A stretch of DNA of 64,000 bases, taken from contig OX597815.1 in the NCBI GenBank assembly GCA_951406725.2, forward strand, positions 21,762,001 through 21,826,000, read 5' to 3'. The stretch is from Octopus vulgaris. Lineage: Eukaryota. Shown one piece after another: positions 27,806 through 43,096 of the stretch. The position numbers were made by a program, and so were the translations under genes. A model generated the notes under the pieces. That model was not told where the DNA came from and made no database searches. It worked only from the letters and a program-made list of their open reading frames with translations. Positions within the stretch are counted from its first letter, which is position 1. Each line of letters begins with the position of its first letter.

Positions 27806-28003
27806 AATGCTTCTTTCTCTTTATCTATGTGAATATGTTCATGTTTATTCTGAGTGTCAGCATGCTTAATCCATAACGATGACTCCACCATGTCCCTTTG
27901 AATTTGTCATCCATAGAAGTACAGCCATACATACATACATACATACATACATACATACATACATACATACATACATACATACATACATACATACAAACAT
28001 ACA

Positions 28004-28037
<34 letters not shown>

Positions 28038-28087
28038 CATACATACATTGATACATACAAACATACATACATACATACATACATACA

Positions 28088-28119
<32 letters not shown>

Positions 28120-28513
28120 CATACATACATACATACATACATACATACATACATACATACATACATACATACATACATTGATACATACAAACATACATAC
28201 ATACATACACACACATATATACATACATATATATATATACAAGAATTTTTTGCGTAATAAGATAAAAAAATTCTCATATACACATGCTGACATAGAAGCA
28301 CCGTTGAACCCTTTATTCGCAAAATTACCAAATCTGGAACTTAACTATGGTCTGTCTAAAGCACTTATTCAGCATTACCTGACACATTTGGGTCTCAATG
28401 ATACCATTATCTCTTATAACCTCAACTACATATATATATATACATATATACATGCATATATGCATGCATACATAGATACTTATACATATGTACACACACA
28501 CGTAGACACAAGC

Positions 28514-28592
<79 letters not shown>

Positions 28593-28872
28593 TGAATGTA
28601 TGAATGTTTGGTTTGTAAGTGCTTAACTTAAAAAGATGCTCGAATATTCATAGTTTGAATATATTATTAGAAATTGAAGCTTCTGGAATCGTAACTCTTA
28701 GATTCTGTTCGATTTCGATCTACTGATGACTAATCATATTTCGATATGTTTGCGAATAATTTTGCTGGAATTGTCTTTACGCCTCCTTACTTGAATCATT
28801 AAAATATTCCATCCAGAAACGTGACACTCAGAGTTAGAATTCGAAAGGCTTGTGCATATAGTAGTAGTAGTA

Positions 28873-28934
<62 letters not shown>

Positions 28935-28986
28935 TAATAATGATGATGATAATAAAAAAAATAATAATGAATAATAATAATAATAA

Positions 28987-29083
<97 letters not shown>

Positions 29084-29549
29084 TAATAATAATAATAATA
29101 ATAATAATCCTTTCTACTAAAGGCACAAAGCCTGAATTTTTAGGGGAGGGGTTAGTAGATGATAATAACCACTGTAGATAACTGGTACTTATTTCATCGA
29201 CCCGAAAGGATGAAATGTAAAGTCGACCTCGGTGGAATTTGAACTAAGAATGTAATAATGATGATAACGATGATGATGATGATGATGACATTGATGATGA
29301 TCAGAAATTTTGGCAGAAGGCCAATAATTTCGGGCGTTAGGATAAGTCGATTACGTCGACCCCAGTGTTCAAGCGGTACTTATTTTATCAGGCCCGAAAA
29401 GAAGGACTGGTAGTTATTTCATCGACCCCGAAAGGTTGAAAGGCAAAGTCGACCTCGGCGGAATTTGAACCCGGAATGTAGGGACGGGGATAAACGCCGC
29501 AAAATGTTTTGTCCAAAACGGTAAAGATTTTGCCAGCTCGCCACCTTAA

Positions 29550-29840
<291 letters not shown>

Positions 29841-29997
29841 ATAATATACATATATCTAAGTCTAAATGTATATGTATGCGCATGTTTGTCTGTATATACA
29901 CACACATATGTGTATATATAAGTATATATATATATATGTATATATATGTATATATATGTATATATATACATGTGTGTATATATATATGTATATAACT

Positions 29998-30041
<44 letters not shown>

Positions 30042-30238
30042 ATATATATGAGGTGGTAAATTTAACCTGTCTCATGTTTAGTACTACCACTCGACGCATT
30101 GCTGCAAGCATTCGAGCGAAGTCTCCACTCTAAGGGAACCTTTCTCCCTTCTCCATCAGGTTTGGAGGCCCTGTATAGGGTCATTGGCGATTCCTTCTCC
30201 CTTCACTAGTATGTGTGTGTGTGTGCACACACATACTA

Positions 30239-30279
<41 letters not shown>

Positions 30280-30467
30280 TTTTATATAATATATATTATA
30301 TATATAAAATTATAATTAAGGGTGTCTAAAAAGATAGCACCATGTTAGATATAGCAGCCAAATCTTGGCCCCATTAAATGCTCATACCCTTAATTATAAT
30401 TTTAATAATAATTTTTATTCCCATGCTAGCCACTTGATATGATCGGCATTTTAAATAACGATCTTAT

Positions 30468-30520
<53 letters not shown>

Positions 30521-30779
30521 TACTGATATATATACATATATACATACATACATACATACATACACATAAGTATCTCTCTCTCTCACTCTCTCACTCTCTC
30601 ACTCTCTCACTCTCTCACTCTTTACCTGATTACATACACAATTTAGGATGATAATTTAAAATACAAATCTTGGACGTCAGCAGATACAGTCCACGTCCCG
30701 AGTCCTTTATAACAGTTATAATACAGGTGCATATGTGCAGCTATGCAATATATGTATCTATTCATGCGTGCGTGTACAT

Positions 30780-31156
30780 CTGCTTCGCAACCACATGGTA
30801 CCGGGTTCAGGCGTACTATGTGGCACCTTAGGTGTGAAAGTGTTCTCTATTATACCCTCTGGCCCACCAAGGCCTTGAGTGTAGATTTGATAAACTAAAA
30901 CTGAAAGACGTCCGTCGTATATATATATATATGTGTGTGTGTGTATATATATATGTCTGTGTATTTGTGAATGTGTTTGGTTACATCCCCAACCGCTTGA
31001 CGACGGTGTTGGTTTGTTTACGTCCCCGTAACTTAGCGGTTCGGACCAAAGCCTTGATGGAATAAATATCAGGCTTACAAAAAATCCTGGTGTCGATTTG
31101 TTCGACTTAAAAAAACTCTTTAAGGCGGTGCCTCAGTATAACCACAGTGAAATGGC
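30780..31156 (+). mobile_element. SINE family D with internal TA/TG microsatellite
   Basis: GCAACCACATGG...GGGTTCAG head, GTTTACGTCCCCGTAACTTAGCGGTTCGG body, GGCTGAAACAAGTAAAGGAT end; second copy ~55650-56062. Confidence 0.75.
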
Positions 31157-31171
31157 TGAAACAAGTAAAGG

Positions 31172-31349
<178 letters not shown>

Positions 31350-31929
31350 CTCTCTCTATTTCTTTTTCTCTCCACACACACACATATATGTATATATTGA
31401 TGTATGTTTAAATATGTCTATATATACATATGTGTGTGCGTGTGTGTTTGTGTAAGTATGTATGTGTTTATATATATATATATATGTCATGTATGTCAGG
31501 ATGGACGCATCGAGGTATTTGTGTGCACGAAAATGCACGGTTGTACGTATGAAGCAACTTATATACATAAATAAATACATTAGGTAATATTTATAAATAA
31601 ATATATATGAGATATTTGGGTAATATATAGACGGGATGCTGACGATATTGTTGATGATGATGTGTGTATATAGGAATGCATTTATGCAACTCCTGCATGT
31701 CCGTAGTGAGATTGTGAAATTGTTAGATTGTTAAAGATGGAAGTGAATATTGTTAGTGGTTATGTATGCATGTATATTTAATTTTGTTTGTTTATATACA
31801 TACACACGTGCAGACATATTCACACATAAACACAGAAAATGCATGGTGCCCCAGCATGGAACATATACGTGTGACATACGCATACATATATGCATGCACA
31901 CACACACACAAATATATCCACATACATGT

Positions 31930-31978
<49 letters not shown>

Positions 31979-32140
31979 CGTATATACATACATATGCATT
32001 CATACATACACATATATACATATATATATATATATACATATACATATATGCATAAATGCATATGTATATATATATACATACACAGACATATACATACATA
32101 CACACACACAAAAATATACATACATATATATATGTATATA

Positions 32141-32201
<61 letters not shown>

Positions 32202-32256
32202 TAAAATATAAATAAATATAAATATATATATATATATATATAAAACATTTATATAT

Positions 32257-32334
<78 letters not shown>

Positions 32335-33481
32335 TTATGTATATACATGAACATTCTAAGACACATGTATGCACTTCATGTATTTCTTGCACGGGTTCAT
32401 GCTTGTAGGCAGATGTCCAACTTGAATGGCTGGATAGGATGTCCGCTGTTTGTTAATTGTCGTTCTTGTCGTCGTCGTCGTCGTCGTCTGGTTTTTGTTG
32501 TTGTTGTTGCTGTTGTTGTTGTTGTTGTTGTCGTTCTTCTTCTTCTTCATCATCATGCTCCGCTTTCATTCATTTGTTACACATATCGTTTTATTGTATA
32601 TTATCACATTTATTTATCTAGTCGTCCCAGTATCGACGATATACCACTTGACGCGTACAGTTTGCCATGACTGACTGCTGTCTTATATTTATATTCATTG
32701 TTTTCGTCGTTGTTGTTGTTGTTTGTTTTGTTTTTTTTTTTTCCTTTGGTCCGTTGGTGTCCGAACTGTGATCGTTCACAAGTTGCCGGTGTGGTTGTTT
32801 ATCAATTGCGGCGGTTTGTCTCCCATAACCAAACAATCCTCTCACTGTTACCACTCTACACCACTCTACAATTGTTTTGTTCTTTTTTCTATTTTTTCTT
32901 CCCCCCACCCCACCCTCACCGTTTCCGCTCCAGCTGTTGTTGCTGGTGGTGATGATGCTGCTGTTTATTGCCAGTAACTCTTCTGTTGACGTTGCTGCTA
33001 GTGCTGCCGCTGCTGCTGCTGATGCTGTTCTTACTGTTGTTGCTGCTGCTGCTGCTGCTGCTGTTGTCTTTCGTAACACTGACCACCAGCACTGCAAGCA
33101 TTAACGTTAAAAGCTGCTATTGTTACCGCCGCCGCAGCGAGTGTCGCTGTTTACTTTATTTATTTTTACCACTTTGTTTGTTATTGTAATTATAATTATT
33201 AATAATTTCTCTTACTTTGTCTGGTCTCTATGAGTGTCTGGTGTAGTGTACTGCAGTGTGGGGAGAGTGGTAGTTTTTGTTACTCTTGTTATGGTAGTAG
33301 TGGCCAGCAGATTTACCACAAACGGTCACTGCAACAGATAGAGGAGTATGGGTAAATATTGAAACACACAACTATACATACAGTTGCCTACATGCACGGA
33401 AAACATTAATACAAACGTATGCACTCACATATACATATAAACATATATTTATACACATATATTCAAAACATACACGCACTC

Positions 33482-33565
<84 letters not shown>

Positions 33566-33660
33566 CCAATCTACCAATCTATCTATCTATCTATATTCAC
33601 TTCTTCATTTATTTGCTGAAAGCTGTAATTACTAGACTTCAGTTCAGCGTTACATGTTTG

Positions 33661-33750
33661 GGGCACTTCAAGACACTTCTGGACACTTCAGGACACTTCT
33701 GACCACTTCAGGACATTTCTGGTCTGTTTGGGACAGTTCAGGACACAACA
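33661..33750. repeat. 10-bp minisatellite GGACACTTC(A/T) x~9
   Basis: Direct reading; alternating A/T gives a 20-bp higher-order unit. Confidence 0.8.
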
Positions 33751-33891
33751 GCAGCATACGCGATGTTGAGGTAAGCTTTAATGCTACTACTAGTATTGTT
33801 TTTCGTCCTTTTTTCCGTCAGTCATTCATTGTATCTTTCTCATTCTTTTTCAGTCATTTTACTAAAAAAAAAAAAATTTTAATTTTGCAAT

Positions 33892-33972
<81 letters not shown>

Positions 33973-34085
33973 GCTACTCTTTTTTGCTGTTCTTAAAGTC
34001 AATTTTTAAAAAATATTTCATCTAAATTTCCCATTTATTTATTGTACACACGCGCACATGCACACGCACATACACACACACACTC

Positions 34086-34182
<97 letters not shown>

Positions 34183-34203
34183 CCTACCTACCTACCTACC
34201 TAC

Positions 34204-34257
<54 letters not shown>

Positions 34258-34881
34258 GTCTATCTACTGGAATCAAAAATGAAAAAGAATTTCTAGTGTT
34301 GCATTGTTGGTGTTACTGCTACTCTAGTAGTAGTAGTAGTAGTATTTGTTGTTGTTGTTGTTGTTATTGCTTATGATAATGATTTTTGTAGTGAAGAAGT
34401 TGCTGATGAAGGCGAAATAAGTCGACGATGTCGACATTGATGATGATGATGACGATGATGATGATGACGATGATGATGATGGTGGTTGTCATTGTGGGGA
34501 AAATTTTTCTGTTATCAAACAAAAATGTCTTGTTATTTAAGTGACATCCCTTAAGATTGTGAGATCAAATCCTACCGAAGTTAACTTAGTATTTCACATT
34601 TCTGGCTGGGTCGAAATAACTTCCAATGAAGTACAGGGTTTGATCTGAGCTTCTTTCACACTCTGTTAGAAATAATTTTGTCATCACTACCTCTGCAATA
34701 TACATATACATGTGTATGCCTATGCACACACAAACACACTCACCGACACACACACACACACACGTTTGTACATATGTGTATATATTTGTGCATATACATG
34801 TATGTAAATATAGTGTGTAAATATGTGTCCATATATAAGTACATATATATCTATGAATGCCAGTACATATTATATATTCAC

Positions 34882-34931
<50 letters not shown>

Positions 34932-35023
34932 CTTAATACTCCGCTAATTTTTTTTGATATCTAATCTAATGTTTTTATATTCATGTCAAGCTTGTAGCGA
35001 AAAAATTCGCACTAACGTTATTA

Positions 35024-35139
<116 letters not shown>

Positions 35140-36670
35140 TTCAACTTATTTTGTATTTCTTGGCGAGTGTCTTTCCGACTCTTAGGGCAAAAAAGAACTT
35201 TATCATCATCATCATCATCATCATTGTTGCTGCTGTTGTTGTTGTTATTATTATTTATAGTATTACTGTAATCGTTCTTATTAAGGTTCGAGGTCGGTGA
35301 ATAGTAGAATCGGTAGGTTTTACAGCAGTTAATTCTGATTGTTCAAAACAATCTGCCTGGGATTATCAAAATAAGTCACTTGTCAAGTCCCTTGGTCGAT
35401 ATAATTAACAGCTTTCTCCTTGCTAGCCAGCATTTGTGGTCGTGTGCATATGCTAGAAATCTGCATTATTATCAAGTAGGCGACCCTAGTGTTGTTGATG
35501 AGTTTTATTATTTATTTATTTATTTGTTTATATTGATTAGTCAGAGAAAGAAAGAGTTTTTGCAGGAGCCTGAGATTATTAGTTCTTCTGACCGGAGAAC
35601 TGACCCGAATATTTGATACTAAGTAGACTCTATTAAATGCATCCAAAGGGACAGGTGGCAATCGTGTTGTTGGCTGATGTCAGTAGCTTTAACGATTAAC
35701 ACTTGTTACACAGGCACGGAACTTTAGGGCCGTAGAGAAGTTTGTAGCATTGACGTATTTCTTAATTGTAATTAGTGACATATGTTTATTTGATTGCAAC
35801 TAAGAATCGAAAATGCGTTGTTGTGTATTATGCTCGCTGAGAATATAAACTTGTACAACAACAAACACTAATAAATGCGAGAATATCAATGGACGTAGTT
35901 GCTAGATCTTCTAGAAGTAGCAGGCAAATAACGTTTAAATCACGCTCTGCTTTCTTAACAAATACAAATACTTAAAAAAACTGAGATGGTCACAGCTGAG
36001 ACACTTTTGATTATATCTCGATCTGGTTGACCTGAGGCTAAACAACCAGAACATTAATGATTGGCAAATGCTCACAAATTCACTGGTTGGGTTGTAACCG
36101 ATTAAAGCAAACCAGTATATGACTGGTATTTCTCTTAGTGATCTAGGGGGGATAAAAAACAAAAACTAAGCTGATTCATTAGAATTATGTAAATGTAAAT
36201 TTATTCTGCATTATAGAAATAATAAGTAGTAGCTATTGATATGGTTAATTGTTCTGAGGTTTAGTTTATACATTTTGCTATATTGTTAGTGTTATTGGTC
36301 TTCATATTATAATTTTATTATCTCTATTACCATCGTTATGTTTTGTTGTTGCTTTGACTATTATGCCTTGTCCAAAAGCATGAACATCTAAACATCTCGT
36401 TTGCACAAGTTTTTGAAATGCAGGGCACTAAGCTAATGAAGAGGCCTCTTCGTAGCCGTTCGACATACTGGAAAGAGCAAACATACCTCTATCAAATCGC
36501 ACTCAGCCATCTTAAAATATTAAATGATATTAGATAATGTCTTGCATACAGCCAATTGAGAGGATGATTTACGGCTGAAACGTCTTTGTTGACAAGCCTG
36601 CTTGATCAAGTCGATATGCCAAACAGCAACCACAACAATTTGGAGAAATTCCTTATATAGACAAAATTGT

Positions 36671-37038
36671 GGAGGCGCAATGGCCCAGTGGTTAGGGCAG
36701 CGGACTCGCGGTTTCGATTCCCAGACCGGGCATTGTGAGTGTTTATTGAGCGAAAACACCTAAAGCTCCACGAGGCTCCGGCAGGGGGTGGTGGTGAACC
36801 CTGCTGTACTCTTTCACCACAACTTTCTCTCGCTCTTTCTTCCTGTTTCTCTTGTACCTGTATTTCAAAGGGCCAGCCTTGTCACATTCTGTGTGTCACG
36901 CTGAATCTCCCCGAGAACTACGTTAAGGGTACACGTGTCTGTGGAGTGCTCAGCCACTTGCACGTTAATATCACGAGCAGGCTGTTCCGTTGATCGTATC
37001 AGCTGGGATCCTCATCGTCGCAACCGACGGAGTGCTCC
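36671..37038 (+). mobile_element. tRNA-derived SINE, family B
   Basis: GGAGGCGCAATGGCCCAGTGGTTAGGGCAGCGGACTCGCGG...GGTTTCGATTCC; TSD ~TATAGACAAA. Confidence 0.9.
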
Positions 37039-37919
37039 TATAGACAAAGTTATGATTATAGACCTATTTCAGTGTGTCGGGTGGTGGAAACGGTATAGTG
37101 ACAGACCAATTGTCTTAGGGCCTTACATCTCATTATACTAAAATTGTAAATACTGCTGATAGTTTTCTCTGTGACTTTCATGTCTCCGAGATAAATAAGT
37201 GACGATAGAATATCGTGAGTCTGCTTAACAAATTAACCCCTTCGTTACAAACCGGGTGCTTCAGCTAAAATTACAATTCCTTCTTATCTCCCCTTAGATA
37301 TGCATATATATCGGAACTTATAATTTTTTGCCGGTGCAACAAATCCATGTTTTTATATATGCATATGTATAATATCACAATATTGTTATTGGCGCATGGA
37401 TTTGGAAATCCCTCATAATTTATTTACGGCATTATCATCTCCGTTTTTTTTTTTTTTTGCCGAAGACATAATATTAGCAATACACTGAACAAGCTTAATT
37501 CACAATTGATAACATGTAACTGGTTGTTTCTCCAATGCTAATTATGACCACTGACATATCAAAACTAGTTGCCTGAGTGTCTTTATCTTAGATTTTAGTT
37601 TTATTCATGCCCCTGTTCTGTCTGCAATATGGTTTTGATAAAAATTAGCCCAGTAATATTTAGGGACAATTTCGTCACTCACTAACTTTCCTCCTACGCA
37701 AAATTGTTTCTGTAATTAATGGAAAATTATTTTTTATTATCGTAAACATGATTAATTTTAGTCTTCACTTATATTTCCCGACGAGTTATTGCCCAATCTT
37801 TAGTAATTTAAGTATGATTGAATTGTAAGGTTTCTGTCCGTTTTTATTAATCCTTGTATGATTGATATTTACACATATAGGGCAGAATTTGGTGAATTAT
37901 CAGAGTAGTGGACAATATA

Positions 37920-38432
37920 CCGTAAATCCTCGAGTATAGTCCACCCTTGAGTATAATACGCAGGGGATTTTAGGGGGTTGTACTTTCGAAAAATCTAAAC
38001 CTTGTGTATAATACGCATCTCTTTTCTAACTTGAGTCGTGCGTAATTAAGCCAGCAGCACCTAGTCAAACAAACACTTCCGCGCATGCGTAATACAATAA
38101 TGGTGATGTTTTTAATGGGAATGTAAACATGTTTGCAAATTGTTTCTGTTACATGTTATTCTGTGTTCTGAATACTTTTATTTTAATAAATGTTGCTTAC
38201 TGCAAGTTATGGATGATTCTTTTATGATTTCATTGCTTTCAGGCTGAGCTTAAAGTATTTTCGCGCCTGACATCACATAATGCGTCTGAATAAACATTGT
38301 CGGACAGCAAATAGAGACTCGGACATTGCTTAGAAAATATTTTTCATTTTTAACATTGTATATAGTACGCATTAGGGATTTTGACCTTTAAATTTTGGGA
38401 AAAAAGTGCGGATTATACTTGAGGATTTACGG
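37920..38432. mobile_element. Tc1/mariner(pogo)-type MITE
   Basis: TIRs CCGTAAATCCTCGAGTATA / TATACTTGAGGATTTACGG flanked by TA; homologous copy at 54880-55393. Confidence 0.85.
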
Positions 38433-39885
38433 TACCAACTTCGCTATCCATCATGCCGAGTCGACAAAATACTAGTGAAGGACTGAGATCCTTCATTGGT
38501 ATTTTACACCGAGGTCCATGTAATCGATTATACCCACCTTCCAAATTTGTGAAATTGCGTTCATAAATGAAATCAATATTTCTGTGTATGAATGTATGCA
38601 TGAAAAAGAGTTAGTATGTGCATTGACATCTTTTTGTCTGTTTAACAGATTTCCTTACAATGTTTATTGAGTTTTTTTCCTGGATTTCTCAATGGTGGAA
38701 TAATTTAAAGAAAGCTTATGTGTATGTTTTATACGGGTACAATCTTTTAATCTAACATGAATTTGTTTTTAAATTATTACTTCAATTTCGTTGTTGTATT
38801 GGGAAAACTTTTACATGTATTTTACTGATAAAGCTGTTGAGCATGCTCTATAGACACGTGTAGTGTTTACATTATTTATCGTCAATAATATTGCGTGAAT
38901 ATTTGGCTCTGTCCTCCATGTGTCTGAACTTCTAGAAAAATATTTATAAATACTTCTAAAATATCTTGTGTATTTAGTCATATATCTCTTTATGTTCGGC
39001 GTTCAAAGCCATAACCATCTTTGCTTTTCTTCACTTCAAGATTTATAACCTGATTCCCGTAGCATACTAATGACCAGTCAATGACTAGTTTTTTTGCTAT
39101 AAATATACAACCTCATCCAAAGTTAAAAATGATGAATATATTTGACGACAAAGACACTTCATTACATAGAAAAGAGTTGCTGGAGGACAAGAAGGACTAT
39201 AGCTTAAGTTACGATTGGTGTCGACAATTAAGCAAACTCTTGCGGAGGACTTTCAAGTCAAGAATTATGGATTATTTTCTGAAATCCTTGGCCTGGTTGT
39301 GATACTAAAACACAGCACTTGTTTGTGACAAGCTGAACAGGCATGGAAGTTTGTATAGCAGAACATGTGCAAAGGAACCTCTAGGCGATCATTCTACCTG
39401 CAAGAAAAATAAGTTAACTCTCTTTTAGAACATAGTACATCCTGTTAAATAAAGAAGCAAACATTTCATAATGGACGGACAAAAGATGAGATGGTCATGG
39501 TTGGGATTCGTTTCATCACATGTCTGCTCAGTCCAGTCTGATATGGAGTTAAACAATAACAATGATAACAAAAAAATCCTTTAGGGGATTTGGAAAGTTG
39601 GTAACATTAACAACCACCTTAAACTATTGTTCTGATATTCAATGGACCCCACCATATTGTCTTTTCGGGTTCTCATTGGATGTTGGATTTATCATGCTTG
39701 AACTTTTCAGAACATTGCTTAATGTTTCAATCTATAATGTCTAGAATCCAGTACAATTCTAGAAAACCATATGCTATGTATGACAGTGCAAATGTGTTGA
39801 GTAAATTAAAAATGCTTTTATGGCTTAAAATGAGATTTTAGAATTTATTTAATCTATGAGAATATTTTCATTCATCATACGCACA

Positions 39886-39935
<50 letters not shown>

Positions 39936-39936
<1 letters not shown>

Positions 39937-40166
39937 CTATTTCCTTACTACCCACAAGGGGCTAAACACAGAGAGGACAAACAAGGCTAGACAAACGGAT
40001 TAAATCGATTACATCGACCCCAGTGCGTAACTGGTACTTAATTTATCGACCCCGAAAGGATGAAAGGCAAAGTCGACCTCGGCGGAATTTGAACTCAGAA
40101 CGTAACGGCAGACAAAATACGGCTACGCATTTCGCCCGGCGTGCTACCGTTTCTGCCAGCTCGCCA
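39936..40166 (-). mobile_element. Full-length SINE family A in a (CA)n tract
   Basis: Reverse complement of the 20937 copy. Confidence 0.9.
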
Positions 40167-40167
40167 G

Positions 40168-40205
<38 letters not shown>

Positions 40206-40557
40206 TGCACGCACGCACGCACACACATACACACACACACACACATGCACTACAAACACACACTTTTACACTCTTTAAAATACAGAAATGTTCAAATGTA
40301 TTATTTCACTTCCGTCTAGTGTTTGACTTGCAAATCAGCCTCGTTCTATTAAATAAATGTCATTTTCTCCAGTCTAGAGATCATTTTAAAGTTTTCCTAA
40401 ACCGTTTTAGAGTAGTAAATGGACTATCAAGTTTGATACCATTTTCAAGTTTCTATTTTCGCTCCTTGATAAAGAAGGGATAGCAAGTAAGTCTGGTTTA
40501 CTCCATTTTCTGTACCATTGATTGTTTTAGTTATCCAACTCGAGGTATGGGATGATT

Positions 40558-40944
40558 GGAGGCGCAATGGCCCAGTGGTTAGGGCAGCGGACTCGCGGTC
40601 GTAGGATCGCGGTTTCGATTCCCAGACCGGGCGTTGTTAGTGTTTATTGAGCGAAAACACCTAAAAGCTCCACGAGGCTCCAGCAGGGGATGGTAGTGAT
40701 CCCTACTGTACTCTTTCACCACAACTTTCTCTTACTCTTACTTCCTTTTTCTGTTGTACCTGTATTTCAAAGGGCCGGCCTTGTCACTCTCTGTGTCACG
40801 CTGAATATCCCAGAGAACTACGTTAAGGGTACACGTGTCTGTGGAGTGCTCAGCCACTTACACGTTAATTTCACGAGCAGGCTGTTCCGTTGATTCGGAT
40901 CAACCGGAACCCTCGTCGTCGTAACCGACGGAGTGCTTCCATCC
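40558..40944 (+). mobile_element. SINE family B
   Basis: Close match to the 36671 copy; TSD ATGGGATGATTGGA at 40547-40560 and 40945-40958. Confidence 0.9.
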
Positions 40945-41703
40945 ATGGGATGATTGGACGTTAATAAAGCAACGTAATTCTTGTCGAGTAGAATGCGTTT
41001 ACGCCAAGATATATGGAGCGATTGACCAGCTTCATATTACGAAAATCGAATTGGATGATACAATAATACGCAACAGAAATCTACAATGCACTTGGATTAT
41101 TTACAAGGATTTTTTTTGCTTCAAACCTGCACAACTGTCTCATCAAAATATGGAAAGTTGGCAAATAGTAATGACATGAGAGTAGGATGAAGTACATATG
41201 TGTTATGACCTTGAAATATCCCAGTTGATATTTGTTGTGTGGACGCCCCCAGACGATGAAGTAGGCAAGCCCAATACGTAGATAGAGAGGGAGAAGTCTA
41301 GACGTCAGAATAACGGAGCAGTAGAACAGAGCGAAGCCGAGTAGAGTATTAGAGGCATCCGAAGTGCGACGTAAAAGTATTTCAGTGAGAGGGATCACAA
41401 TTGTGGGGCTCTTGGAAGCTTCAAGGACTATTCACTTGTTTTTCGTGTTCCGAGTTCACTCTCATGTCATTACATTTTCCAACTTTCCATATTTTGATGA
41501 GACAGTTGTGCAGGTTTGAAGCAAAAGAAAAAGAAGATCCTTGTAAATAATCCAAGTGCATTGTAGATTTCTGTTGCGTATTATTGTATCATCCAATTCG
41601 ATTTTCGTAATATGAAGCTGGTCAATCGCTCCATGTATCTTGGCGTAAACACATTCTACTCGAGAAGAATTACGTTGCTTTATTAACGTCCAATCATCCC
41701 ATA
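40945..41703. mobile_element. Fold-back element with ~240-bp inverted arms (probable PLE inverted pLTR)
   Basis: 40945-41183 is the reverse complement of 41458-41702 with few differences; decayed HHR-like strings TTGATGAGAC...GTTTGAAG and GATGAAG...CCTTGAAATATC. Confidence 0.6.
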
Positions 41704-43096
41704 GTAAATTCAGGGAACAGTTTAGATATTACCAGCAACAAGTGACAGGTTGAAAATCGATGGTTAATCTGCCGGTCTCTTTTGGAGAGCTTCCCAATAA
41801 GTCGTCGAGGAAGATGTTTAGAGTTATTGAAAAACATGTTGAAAATTTATAGTGTCCGACTATACAGTATGTTCAGTGACAGTCTCCAATAATTTTAGAT
41901 GTCAGCAATTTGTTCGACCGAACATTTAGGTATACACCCACACAGATCTCCAAGAACTAAATTATGATTTTGTAATATTTTATAATCGTATAAAACAATA
42001 TTTTGAAAACTAGATTAAAAATTAGGGGCAGGAATTTTGTTACAGTTAAGTTTAATCGAGAATGTGTTGCGTGAATTGTGGTTACTATTTGAGAGCGTCG
42101 GGTTTAGAATAGTAAGGTTGCGAGTTCGATTCACAGCCCTGCCTATGATGTGTGTTCTTGTGTAAGACACTTTATTTCAGGTTGCTTTAGGTTACGTCAC
42201 TGGTGCCAAGCTGTATCGGCCTCTGCCTTTCCTTTGGACAACATCAGTGGCGTGGAGAGGGGAGGCTGGCATGCTGGTCTTCCACGAACAATCTTTCAAA
42301 GATTTGTATCTCGTATCTCGAAAGGGAACTTTTTAGGTGTAATCCCATGATTATTCGTGATCGGAAGGGGGTCTTTACCCTCTTTACCACCACCACCACC
42401 ACCACCACCACCATCATCATCATTATTAAGGCGGCGAGTTGGCAGAATCGTTAGCGCGCTGGACGAAATGCCTAGCGTATTTCTCCCGTCAGCTTTTCTG
42501 TGGCTTTCGTGGAAGTATTTCTTTCGATAAGTATACACTCACTGTCTTTCTAATCCTTGATTATTATATCAGGATTGTGGGCTTTTTCTACTTTGTCAGT
42601 ATGGATGGGCACATCTTACACTGTCCTCCATTCATATCTGGTCTTCTTGCTTCGTTATTATGATCAGTGTCAGGCGGTCCATCTGTTGCCAGCGTCCTCT
42701 GAATTTGTGAGTGAATGGCCCTAATATAAATATGCGCTTGTAAATTGGAAAGCATGAGAGGGCTCGGGCCTTTAGCGGTCAAAGTAATCCTGAATCTATG
42801 GGGTATCTTGATTGGCCTTAGCTGAAGTTTCCCCTCTATCAGGAGGACTGCTTCATTCATCTTACCACATATTTGTAGGCTATTTCTTCTCCATTTATTT
42901 CGTGCCATCTTTTAAATTCCCACACAAATTGTTGCCTGTTCTTGTGGTGTGCCCTCACCTATACCCCTGTGGCTAGTAAAAGAATTTCTTCTTCTTCTTC
43001 TTCTTCTTCTTCTTCTTCTTCTTCTTCTTCTTCTTCTTCTTCTTCTTCTTCTTCTTCTTCTTCTTCTTCTTCTTCTTCTTCTTCTTCTTCTTCTCA

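Noticed and set aside
36671-36730. tRNA-like sequences (also 6350, 13270-13325, 40560, 60301)
   Set aside because: No complete cloverleaf; most continue into SINE bodies, so these are SINE heads or relics
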